A stretch of DNA of 37,268 nucleotides, taken from sequence record SRR31156797_14865, one strand, 5' to 3'. Below the pieces are notes generated by a model. It was not told the DNA's origin. It did no database searches and was given only the letters and a program-made list of their open reading frames with translations. Shown piece by piece: positions 1 through 8,364 of this stretch. Both the position numbers and the translations under genes were made by a program. Every line of letters begins with the position of its first letter. The stretch's first letter is position 1.

Positions 1-3
1 TTC

Positions 4-30
4 TCCGCCAGCTGGCGGATCGCAATGACG
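4..30. repeat. Right end of a REP-like palindromic intergenic repeat, truncated by the window edge
   Basis: Perfect 16-bp palindrome TCCGCCAGCTGGCGGA at 4-19, followed by TCGCAATGACG; GC-rich in an AT-rich background. Confidence 0.55.
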
Positions 31-67
31 CGTTTGGGAATTTTCTTAATCATTATAACGTTACAAA

Positions 68-976
68 ATGATAAGCATACAAAACATATCTAAAAACTTC
101 CGAGACGTAACCGCTCTAAAGGATATCAATCTTGAAATTAAGGATGGGGAGTTGTTTGGTTTGATTGGTCCTGATGGCGCTGGTAAAAGTACATTGATGC
201 GTCTTATGACAACACTTTATGTTCCTAAGCAAGGCCAGATTACTATGAATGGTCGAGATACAGTTAAAGACTATAAATCAATCCGCAGGCATGTGGGTTA
301 TATGCCGGGCAGATTTTCATTATATCAGGATTTAAGCGTGGAAGAAAACCTTGCTTTTTATGCCAGTGTATTCGGAAGTAATATTGAGGAGAACTACGAT
401 TTGGTAAAAGATGTTTATGAGCAAATTGCTCCGTTTAAAAAGCGTCTGGCTGGTCGACTTTCAGGTGGTATGAAGCAAAAATTGGCGTTATCATGTGCAC
501 TTATTCACAGACCAGAGATTTTGATTCTCGATGAACCTACTACGGGTGTTGATGCTGTTTCACGCAAGGAGTTTTGGGAAATGCTTAAAAAAGTACAAAA
601 AACCGGAATTACCATCGTCGTGAGTACACCCTATATGGATGAGGCATCACTTTGTGACCGTGTAGCCCTTATGCAAAAGAGTGAAGTTTTAAAAGTTGAT
701 ACACCACAAGCAATTATGGACTCATTTCCTAAAAAACTATTTGCTGTGAAGAGTGATAATCAATATGCACTGCTCAATGATTTGAAATCTAACGACAAGG
801 TATTTTCTGTATTTCCATTTGGTCAATATATGCATGTTACATTGGTTGATGAAAATGGAAATGTAGAGGAACTATCAACCTATTTAAATGAAAGTGGACA
901 TAAAAAAGTGGAAGTGAAACCAACAGATGCAGGTATAGAAGATGTATTTATGTATTTAATGCATAATGAAAACTAA
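68..976 (+). CDS. ABC-2 type (drug exporter, YbhF-like) ATP-binding protein
   Basis: Walker A GPDGAGKST, signature LSGGMKQK, Walker B ILILDEPTTGVD; first of two tandem ATPases. Confidence 0.95.
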   Translation: MISIQNISKNFRDVTALKDINLEIKDGELFGLIGPDGAGKSTLMRLMTTLYVPKQGQITMNGRDTVKDYKSIRRHVGYMPGRFSLYQDLSVEENLAFYASVFGSNIEENYDLVKDVYEQIAPFKKRLAGRLSGGMKQKLALSCALIHRPEILILDEPTTGVDAVSRKEFWEMLKKVQKTGITIVVSTPYMDEASLCDRVALMQKSEVLKVDTPQAIMDSFPKKLFAVKSDNQYALLNDLKSNDKVFSVFPFGQYMHVTLVDENGNVEELSTYLNESGHKKVEVKPTDAGIEDVFMYLMHNEN

Positions 977-981
977 GTAAT

Positions 982-1713
982 ATGGATACAAATACAATTG
1001 CCATAAAAGCTATAAATCTGAATAAGAAGTTTGGGTCATTTTCAGCGAACAAGGATTTGAATTTTGAAGTGTATAAAGGCGAAATCTTTGGTTTTTTGGG
1101 TGCAAATGGAGCTGGTAAAACCACAGCCATCAAAATCTTATGCGGATTGAGCAAACCAACTTCTGGCGATATAAAAGTAGCCGGTTTTGATGTGTATGCT
1201 GAAACTGAAAAGATTAAGAAAAATATTGGTTACATGAGTCAAAAGTTCTCATTGTATGATGATATGACGGTTTGGGAGAATATACGCTTTTATGCCGGGA
1301 TTTATGGAATGCCGAAAAAAGAAATAAAAGAAGAGGCAGATAAATTGATTGATAAGCTGGGGCTTGAGCATGCACGCAACAAGTTAATAGGCTCTTTACC
1401 ATTAGGATGGAAACAAAAGCTGGCATTCAGTATTGCCATTATCCATAAACCAGCCATTGTTTTTTTGGATGAACCAACAGGAGGTGTTGACCCAATTACC
1501 CGTCGTCAGTTTTGGGAAATGATTTACGAAGCCGCTAATGACGGGATTACTGTTTTTGTCACGACCCACTATATGGATGAGGCCGAGTATTGCGACCGAT
1601 TATCTATTATGGTAGCGGGTGAAATCAAAGCCATGGGAAAACCTCTTGATTTAATTAAAGAATACGAGGCTAATGATATGGATGAGGTATTTGTAAAACT
1701 AGCAAGAAGTTAA
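982..1713 (+). CDS. ABC-2 type ATP-binding protein (second YbhF-like half)
   Basis: Walker A GANGAGKTT, variant signature LPLGWKQK, Walker B VFLDEPTGGVD, H-loop TTHYMDEAE. Confidence 0.95.
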   Translation: MDTNTIAIKAINLNKKFGSFSANKDLNFEVYKGEIFGFLGANGAGKTTAIKILCGLSKPTSGDIKVAGFDVYAETEKIKKNIGYMSQKFSLYDDMTVWENIRFYAGIYGMPKKEIKEEADKLIDKLGLEHARNKLIGSLPLGWKQKLAFSIAIIHKPAIVFLDEPTGGVDPITRRQFWEMIYEAANDGITVFVTTHYMDEAEYCDRLSIMVAGEIKAMGKPLDLIKEYEANDMDEVFVKLARS

Positions 1714-1747
1714 TTGATCTTGGATCTTAGATCTTAGATCTAGGATT
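1713..1747. repeat. Heptamer tandem array, left arm (TTRGATC-type, 5 units)
   Basis: attgatc ttggatc ttagatc ttagatc taggatt; reverse complement of the array at 2001-2063. Confidence 0.85.
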
Positions 1748-1763
1748 GCTAAAGAATAGACTG

Positions 1764-2042
1764 ATGAATAGAACTTTAACTAAAATCACTGAAAAAAGGC
1801 TACTAATAGTTTGGCACCCAACTGCACCGGGTGAGAAGGTGCAGGTTCAGCGAAGCTGGATTCAAAGACTGTTATATCCAAAGTATTTCGCCACAAACAA
1901 GGAGTTAGTAAATTATGAGTCAACATTATTGATTCAAACTAAGTACACCCAAGCGAAAGATTCGCACGGTAGCTATGTTATATATAATTTTAGTTCGATA
2001 GATCCAAAATCCAAAATCCAATATCCAAAATCCAAGATCTAA
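1764..2042 (+). CDS. Small hypothetical protein (about 92 aa from ATG 1764) enclosed by the inverted heptamer arrays
   Basis: Open frame co-oriented with the operon; the last ~14 codons come from the repeat array; no family recognised. Confidence 0.4.
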   Translation: MNRTLTKITEKRLLIVWHPTAPGEKVQVQRSWIQRLLYPKYFATNKELVNYESTLLIQTKYTQAKDSHGSYVIYNFSSIDPKSKIQYPKSKI

Positions 2043-2063
2043 AATCCAATATCTAATATCTAG
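2001..2063. repeat. Heptamer tandem array, right arm (NATCYAA-type, 9 units)
   Basis: gatccaa aatccaa aatccaa tatccaa aatccaa gatctaa aatccaa tatctaa tatctag, ending 5 nt before ATG 2069. Confidence 0.9.
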
Positions 2064-2068
2064 AAAAC

Positions 2069-3175
2069 ATGAAACGATTTTTTGCATTTGTAAAAAAAGA
2101 ATTCTACCATATATTCCGCGACTATCGGACTTTATTGATTTTGTTTGGTATGCCAATCGCTCAAATACTTCTATTTGGTTATGTAATCACTACTGACTTA
2201 AAAGATGTAAAGATTGCAGTTTACGATCCTACACCAAGTGAGATTTCTCAGGATTTAATCAATAAGTTGGAATCTTCCGGTTATTTTATTGTAGATCAAT
2301 ATCTGAATTCACCCAATGAAGCTGAAGCAATTTTTAAAGAGGGAGAGGTGCGTGAAGTAATCATTTTTGAAGCAGGATTGGCTGAAAATTTAGTAAATCA
2401 AGGGACAGGAAATATCCAATTATTGGTGGATGCCAGTGATCCGAATATGGGAAATTTGGTTAGCCAGTATACGCAGGGAATTATCAGAAAATATCAAGCT
2501 GAAATGATTGATGGCCAGGTTATGAACGTCGGAATTAACGTAGAAAACCGTATGATGTTTAATACCGATTTAGCCAGTGTTTTTATGTTCGTACCCGGAA
2601 CCATGGCTTTAATTCTAATGTTGATTTCAGCAATGATGACTTCCATTAGCATTGCTCGCGAGAAAGAGATGGGAACTATGGAAGTGCTGCTGGTTTCACC
2701 ACTAAAACCATTGCAGATTATTCTTGGGAAAGTTACACCCTATGTCGCCCTATCATTTATCAATGCGATTGTGATAATTGTTTTAGGTAATACTGTATTT
2801 GGAGTACCTGTTAAAGGTAGCTTGTTACTGCTCATGGCTGAAAGCTTGTTATTTATAATACTTGCATTATCATTGGGAATATTGATTTCCACTGCCAGTA
2901 AAAGTCAGCAAGTAGCAATGTTTATTTCACTGTTTGCATTAATGTTACCTACCATTTTATTGAGTGGATTTATTTTCCCAATTGAAAGCATGCCAGAGGT
3001 GTTGCAATGGATTAGCGCCATTATGCCTCCACGTTGGTTTATCATTATCATCAAAAATATCATGTTGAAAGGAGCCGGAATTGCTTTCGTATGGCAGGAA
3101 ACGTTGATATTAATTGGTATGATTACGTTTTTTATTGTGATGAGTGTGAAGAAATTTAAGATTAGGTTGGAATAG
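2069..3175 (+). CDS. ABC-2 type permease (YbhS-like)
   Basis: N-terminal KKEFYHIFRD plus TM, extracytoplasmic loop, REKEMGTMEVLLVSP motif, C-terminal TM bundle with LLSGFIFPIESMP. Confidence 0.95.
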   Translation: MKRFFAFVKKEFYHIFRDYRTLLILFGMPIAQILLFGYVITTDLKDVKIAVYDPTPSEISQDLINKLESSGYFIVDQYLNSPNEAEAIFKEGEVREVIIFEAGLAENLVNQGTGNIQLLVDASDPNMGNLVSQYTQGIIRKYQAEMIDGQVMNVGINVENRMMFNTDLASVFMFVPGTMALILMLISAMMTSISIAREKEMGTMEVLLVSPLKPLQIILGKVTPYVALSFINAIVIIVLGNTVFGVPVKGSLLLLMAESLLFIILALSLGILISTASKSQQVAMFISLFALMLPTILLSGFIFPIESMPEVLQWISAIMPPRWFIIIIKNIMLKGAGIAFVWQETLILIGMITFFIVMSVKKFKIRLE

Positions 3176-3246
3176 AATCGAAAGAAGGCACGATTACAAA
3201 TCCGCGCTATCATATATAAATAATTAATAGATGTAAAGTATTAATA

Positions 3247-4362
3247 ATGAGAACAATATCATATATACTTAGAAAGGAATTTACGCAGATATTCAGGAAT
3301 AAAACAATGCTGCCAATTATTTTCGTTATGCCTATAGTTCAACTTGTTGTGCTGGTTTTTGCAGCCAATATGGAGCTCAAGAATATCGATATGACGGTTG
3401 TTGATCGTGATAAATCACTTACATCGCAGCGTTTAGTGGCTAAATTTGTTGGATCACCTTATTATAATGTGACTTTCAGTGAAGAGAGTATCGATAAATC
3501 AGTGGATGATTTATATGAAGATAAATCAGATATGATTCTGCATATTCCACAAAATTTTGAACGTGATCTGCACAATGAGAAATTGGCCGATTTGCAAGTG
3601 TTGATAAATGCTATTAATAATACTTCGGCTAGTTTGATGAATGGATATACTAATTCCATTGTGATGGATTATAACTCCGATATTATACTGGAAATAACTA
3701 ATCAAAAAACACCTAAGATGAGCACATTTCAGGTTGAAAACTCATTTTGGTACAATCCTGAATTGAATTATAAAATATACATGTTACCTGGCATACTGGT
3801 TATATTAGTTACAGTTATTAGTATGTTTCTTACAGCTCTGAATTTGGTTCGAGAGAAAGAGATTGGAACGATTGAACAAATTAATGTGACACCCATTAAA
3901 AAGCATCATTTATTAATTGGCAAGTTAGTTCCATTTTGGATTATTGGGATGTTCGAATTGGCCTTTGGGTTAACAATTGGAGTAACGTTCTTTCATTTGC
4001 CCTTTGAAGGTAGTTTTTTAGCACTATTTGGTTTTGCAACGATTTATTTATTGGTAGCACTTGGTATTGGACTGTTCTTATCTACCATTACAGAAAACCA
4101 GCAGCAGGTTATGTTTCTGGCTTATTTCTTTATGCTGACATTTATTTTAATGAGTGGAATATTCACCCCAGCGGATAGTATGCCAGATTGGGCACAGACT
4201 GTAAACCATATTAACCCGTTTTATTATTTCATCAGAGCTATTCGAATGATTTTACTAAAAGGAAGTTCATTTGCCAATGTATTGCCTGAAGCTATGAGCT
4301 TAGCAACCTATGCGTTAGTAGTTTTTAGCTTGGCGTTGTGGAGATACAGGAAGACGGTATAA
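3247..4362 (+). CDS. ABC-2 type permease (YbhR-like)
   Basis: RKEFTQIFRN, WYNPELNY, REKEIGTIEQINVTP and LMSGIFTPADSMP motifs. Confidence 0.95.
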   Translation: MRTISYILRKEFTQIFRNKTMLPIIFVMPIVQLVVLVFAANMELKNIDMTVVDRDKSLTSQRLVAKFVGSPYYNVTFSEESIDKSVDDLYEDKSDMILHIPQNFERDLHNEKLADLQVLINAINNTSASLMNGYTNSIVMDYNSDIILEITNQKTPKMSTFQVENSFWYNPELNYKIYMLPGILVILVTVISMFLTALNLVREKEIGTIEQINVTPIKKHHLLIGKLVPFWIIGMFELAFGLTIGVTFFHLPFEGSFLALFGFATIYLLVALGIGLFLSTITENQQQVMFLAYFFMLTFILMSGIFTPADSMPDWAQTVNHINPFYYFIRAIRMILLKGSSFANVLPEAMSLATYALVVFSLALWRYRKTV

Positions 4363-4529
4363 AATTAATGACTGTCAATTATTAATGTTTGATGTGTAAG
4401 TGTATTTTCAAAGAAATACTTGTATTTGATTGCAACATAAACTTTAAAGTAAGGAGTGGAACATAATAATAAGTGTGTCATTTAACCTGAGTAATATCAT
4501 AAAATCTAAAAAAAAATAGTAAAATGTGG

Positions 4530-5891
4530 TTATTCTAAAGCATTACCTGCGACATAATTGGCAGATTCTGAATAGTTATTTTGATTCACAAGAAAGTATG
4601 CCCATTCATAGTGTTCTTCTATATATTCAATACTAATTTGATCATCATTGGGCAGAAAATATGATGGACTCCATACTTCAAAAGTACCCAAAGGGCTTTG
4701 ATAAGAATATTGAGAATAAAAGACTAGATTATTTGACGCATTAAAAGCGGATTCGTGAGATTTATAATACCCTTCGCTAGGATTTCTTTCATCTATTGTA
4801 ATATAACCTAAAAGTTCAAATTCAGAGTTTTCGGTTTGTTCGCTATATAATTTTTTCACAGGTCGGCAATTGGCATCATGATGAATTGATATGGAGAAAG
4901 GAGTATTATAGTAATAAAAAAATGTATAATTATCAAGATGCTTATTATCTACAAACTGGTAGGAGGTAATAACATTCTCTTCACTGTAATGGTTAAGAAC
5001 TAATTTACTTCCGTAAGTATAGAATCCTATGGAGTTATTTTGATTTTCGAAATTTGAATATTCAATTTTGTTGTATCTGTCAATTGAACTGAAACTAAAT
5101 TGATAAGATACACTTGGGGAGTTATCCCTATAATATATAATTTGGCTAATTAGGTTTCCTGAATAAATGAATTCGTTTTTGAAATTTGATTCCTGTGTGT
5201 TGATTAGTTTACCATCTGAATCGTAATTGTAAATTGCAACAGATTCACCTTTGCCAATGTTTTTATCGTCAATTTGTGGTATGATCCCGAAATTAATATA
5301 TGAAGGTTGCTCATTTGTATGTCTTTGGTTATCCTTAGAATTGGAAATTATAGTCCTATTACTTACTTTTTTTGATATTTGGTAGTTTTCGTTATATTCA
5401 AAATTTAATGTATCAATATAAACATCAATTCTTCCATCATGATAGATTTTTGAATGCTTTTCTATTATTCTTTTAATATAACCATTTAAATAATAGTCAT
5501 ATTCTAAAGTCTGATTTAAACGCTGGCGATCTCTATCTGCTCCTTTTCTTTCAGATGAGATTATAATACCTTCTTCATTATAAAAATGAGTGAATGTGCA
5601 AATAGACTTTCCAAATTCACCAAACCCATCAATATTTTGGTATGAGTAAATAGCCTTTCCTGATTCAATATCATGAGAAATGGATGTTTTATACATAAGA
5701 TAAAAGCTATAAATTTGTTTGAATGACTTTGCAAAATTAGCCATGTTGAAAGCTGAATTCTCATCAATAGGAATGGTAATATCTTCTAAACTATTGGGGG
5801 AAGAATCTAACTTATCATCTTTTTCGCAAGATGTGTTAATAACTGAAGTAGAAATAATTATTATTATAAAATTAATAAAGTGCTTTTTCAT
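4530..5891 (-). CDS. Hypothetical surface lipoprotein with Tyr-rich YD/DUF4595-like beta-hairpin repeats
   Basis: SPII-like signal ending NTS-C followed by EKDD; repeated segments such as YNEEG, FEYNENYQI, YNYDSDGKL, FIYSGNLI. Confidence 0.7.
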   Translation of the reverse strand: MKKHFINFIIIIISTSVINTSCEKDDKLDSSPNSLEDITIPIDENSAFNMANFAKSFKQIYSFYLMYKTSISHDIESGKAIYSYQNIDGFGEFGKSICTFTHFYNEEGIIISSERKGADRDRQRLNQTLEYDYYLNGYIKRIIEKHSKIYHDGRIDVYIDTLNFEYNENYQISKKVSNRTIISNSKDNQRHTNEQPSYINFGIIPQIDDKNIGKGESVAIYNYDSDGKLINTQESNFKNEFIYSGNLISQIIYYRDNSPSVSYQFSFSSIDRYNKIEYSNFENQNNSIGFYTYGSKLVLNHYSEENVITSYQFVDNKHLDNYTFFYYYNTPFSISIHHDANCRPVKKLYSEQTENSEFELLGYITIDERNPSEGYYKSHESAFNASNNLVFYSQYSYQSPLGTFEVWSPSYFLPNDDQISIEYIEEHYEWAYFLVNQNNYSESANYVAGNALE

Positions 5892-5914
5892 ATTTGCTAT
5901 TATTTGAATTTCGG

Positions 5915-5922
5915 CAAAAGTA
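5915..5922 (-). promoter_or_regulatory. Bacteroidota primary sigma -7 element
   Basis: TACTTTTG on the minus strand, 23 nt upstream of the lipoprotein start. Confidence 0.55.
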
Positions 5923-5980
5923 ACGATTATTTTATACAGCTAATAATTCTAAAAATAAAATAATCCCGAATGTATTAAAT

Positions 5981-6032
5981 ATAACTCCGCGATGTAACTT
6001 TAATTAGAAACGATAGTTTCCATCGGCGTTAT
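5981..6032 (-). repeat. Bulged hairpin element, copy 1 (possible terminator or REP-like unit)
   Basis: Minus strand ATAACGCCGATG...AGTTACATCGCGGAGTTAT; homologous to 10548-10603. Confidence 0.55.
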
Positions 6033-6041
6033 GAGTAAGCT

Positions 6042-6497
6042 TTAAATCTTATCAGGCAAAATTGTAATCTTTTGCTCACAAATTGAATCTCCGCTGAGAA
6101 TTGATTTTACAAGAATCACTTCTACTTTAGTTCCAAAGAGTGTTTCGAAAATTTGGTGCGAATAACCTTTTGTACAGTTGCAAAGAAATTCATTAGTTAC
6201 ACCTTCCTTGACCATGTCGCAAGTACACTCCTGAAGGATCAAGGTGATTTCATTGCCATTTTTCTGAAAATCCTCCGTATTATAAAACTGCTTTTTAAAA
6301 GTTTGAAACAGAAAATCAAAATCAGTACTGTCTGGAAACTGATTTCGAACTATAACAGCGTTTTTATATAAATCTGAATCTTTGCAACAATTTCTTCCAC
6401 AGGTTTTTAATACTTCAATGCCAAGGTCTTTATCTTTTTTAGACAATTCATTGAGCAATTGATTGGTCCATTTTATATGTTGATCACTCTGTATCAT
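6042..6497 (-). CDS. DUF6144-like cysteine-rich protein (V4R-like fold)
   Basis: CGRNCC, ECTC, CNCTKGY and SILSGDSIC motifs; 8 Cys. Confidence 0.75.
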   Translation of the reverse strand: MIQSDQHIKWTNQLLNELSKKDKDLGIEVLKTCGRNCCKDSDLYKNAVIVRNQFPDSTDFDFLFQTFKKQFYNTEDFQKNGNEITLILQECTCDMVKEGVTNEFLCNCTKGYSHQIFETLFGTKVEVILVKSILSGDSICEQKITILPDKI

Positions 6498-6498
6498 T

Positions 6499-7077
6499 TT
6501 ATTTACCTTTCACACCAAGTTTTTCAACTTTTTCCAGCCATTTTGATCTTTTGGCTTCGTCTGCTATTTTCACCGGCCCAAAAGCAGTTATTTTTACAGG
6601 TTTTACACCACAAAAATTTAATATGTTTTTCCGCATTGAATTGTGTCCCGGACGCTTGTAAAATAGTCGATAATACCATTTTGGTGTATCCATTGTAACA
6701 ATCAATCTGGCTGATTTGCCTTTCATAAACTTATCCCAGAATAAAGAATTTTCACGGTATTTAAATGCAAATCCAGGTAAAAATACACGATCTATAAATC
6801 CCTTAAGCAGGGCGGGTTGTGTTCCCCACCATGTTGGATAAATGAAAACTAAATGGTCGGCATTTTTGATTTCATCCTGTGCTTTAACCAGGTCAGGTTC
6901 TAATTCAGTTCTTTGTCTGTATCCAAAATTCAATATGGGAGAAAACTCCAGGTCTATTAGGTTTATTAATTTGCACGCTACACCAGCTGATTCAGCTCCT
7001 TTTTTATATTGTTCAGCAAACGCGTAGCATAGACTTTCCTTGTCAGGATGTCCGTTGATTATTAGAATTTTTTTCAT
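6499..7077 (-). CDS. NAD(P)H-dependent oxidoreductase, flavodoxin-2 (quinone reductase) family
   Basis: ILIINGHP, YPTWWGTQPALLKGFIDRV and GKSARLIVTMDTP motifs. Confidence 0.92.
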   Translation of the reverse strand: MKKILIINGHPDKESLCYAFAEQYKKGAESAGVACKLINLIDLEFSPILNFGYRQRTELEPDLVKAQDEIKNADHLVFIYPTWWGTQPALLKGFIDRVFLPGFAFKYRENSLFWDKFMKGKSARLIVTMDTPKWYYRLFYKRPGHNSMRKNILNFCGVKPVKITAFGPVKIADEAKRSKWLEKVEKLGVKGK

Positions 7078-7105
7078 GGTTTTGATAAATTGGGTTTTAA
7101 CTTCC

Positions 7106-7113
7106 CAAACCTA
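7106..7113 (-). promoter_or_regulatory. Bacteroidota -7 element
   Basis: TAGGTTTG on the minus strand, 28 nt upstream of the oxidoreductase start. Confidence 0.45.
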
Positions 7114-7132
7114 CCAAATTTGTTTGTTATAA

Positions 7133-8167
7133 CTAATTTTCCGGCTTTAAATCTTCAATAAATTTAGCATCTATCCAATATATATCAGCACTTCCATTTT
7201 GAGGCATGGTAAGTAAATTTTCGAAAAAGTTTGTGCTTAGTTCTTTGGGTTGATTTTCTTTTGGCATTTCTCTTGACGCCATGAAGAATAAGTATCTCTG
7301 ATCAGGTGATAGCGAAGCTGACCAACCTGTTCCCACAGCTGTATTGATTGATGGTCCCATATTGATAGGCTCCTGCCAGGTATCATCGTCATTTCTGAAA
7401 ACAATATAGTAATCGACACCGCCCATTCCATCTTTCATGCCTATTGTAGGTACAATGATATAACTTTCGTCAGGTGCAATAAAAGCATTAAAACGATTAG
7501 CTCCACAGTTTACTTGTTCAGGTAGTTTTTCAGCTGTTTGATAAACCCCATCAACCAAACGCGAACGGTAAATGTATTCAACGCGCTCACCGTTTTGGCG
7601 TCTGTTGAAATAAATTGTACCATCTTTTGTAAGAGATGGATAAAACTCACTGTTTTCTGAGTTGATAGGCGCACCCAAATTGTATGGTTCTCCCCAGCTG
7701 CCATCTTTCTGACGGTCAACTACCCAAATGTCTTCGTCGGCAGGATTATCAGTGCTGTCTTTTGGCATATTTGACAGAAAAAGAAGTTTATTACCATCAT
7801 AACTTAAAGCAGGCTCAAGGTGTACATATCGTGGATCTTTAGCAAATGATGCCACTTCTGGTTTCGTCCATTTTCCATTTATCTCTTTCGTGCAAATAAT
7901 GGTTGAATATTTGAAGCCGGCGCTGTGCAAGCCAAAATACATCTCTTTTCCGTCAGGTGTGATAGCTACATCGCGGTTGAATTGTCCATTTGAAATAATA
8001 CCAGGTGCAAATAATACAGCTTCCGTGCCAGGCAGCTTTTGACCCATATATGGTCCGGTTAATTCCGGGAATTCCGGCTCTTGGTTTTCAATAGGTTCTT
8101 TTTGGTCACAACTTATTAGTGAAAAAGCTAAAACAGCAATTGCAAAAAAGGAGAGAATGGTTTTCAT
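7133..8167 (-). CDS. PD40/TolB-like beta-propeller lipoprotein
   Basis: Lipobox LIS-C; PD40-type blades (ITPDGKEMYF, PALSYDGNKLLFLS, YPSLTKDGTIYF, FIAPDESYII, SLSPDQRYLFF). Confidence 0.88.
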   Translation of the reverse strand: MKTILSFFAIAVLAFSLISCDQKEPIENQEPEFPELTGPYMGQKLPGTEAVLFAPGIISNGQFNRDVAITPDGKEMYFGLHSAGFKYSTIICTKEINGKWTKPEVASFAKDPRYVHLEPALSYDGNKLLFLSNMPKDSTDNPADEDIWVVDRQKDGSWGEPYNLGAPINSENSEFYPSLTKDGTIYFNRRQNGERVEYIYRSRLVDGVYQTAEKLPEQVNCGANRFNAFIAPDESYIIVPTIGMKDGMGGVDYYIVFRNDDDTWQEPINMGPSINTAVGTGWSASLSPDQRYLFFMASREMPKENQPKELSTNFFENLLTMPQNGSADIYWIDAKFIEDLKPEN

Positions 8168-8364
8168 AGTAATTGATTTTAAGGATTCATGAATAGTTCA
8201 TATTTAGTAAGATGAATGAAATGGGATTTACCCTAAAATTACAATAAATTTGAGAAAGCTTATTCATATAATTATTAGTAAGAGCAATTATTTATTTTAT
8301 TTTAACAATATTTGTAGCATGATTGTGTTCTTTGCAAATGCGAGGGTAAATTTTTATTTATGCT

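Noticed and set aside
1926-2156. 76-aa minus-strand ORF
   Set aside because: Its LDIRYWILDLGFWILDFGFW stretch is a translation of the heptamer array, and it overlaps the permease antisense.
3188-3212. GGCACGATTACAAATCCGCGCTATC, half of a REP-like repeat
   Set aside because: A single degenerate arm with no partner; too short to call.
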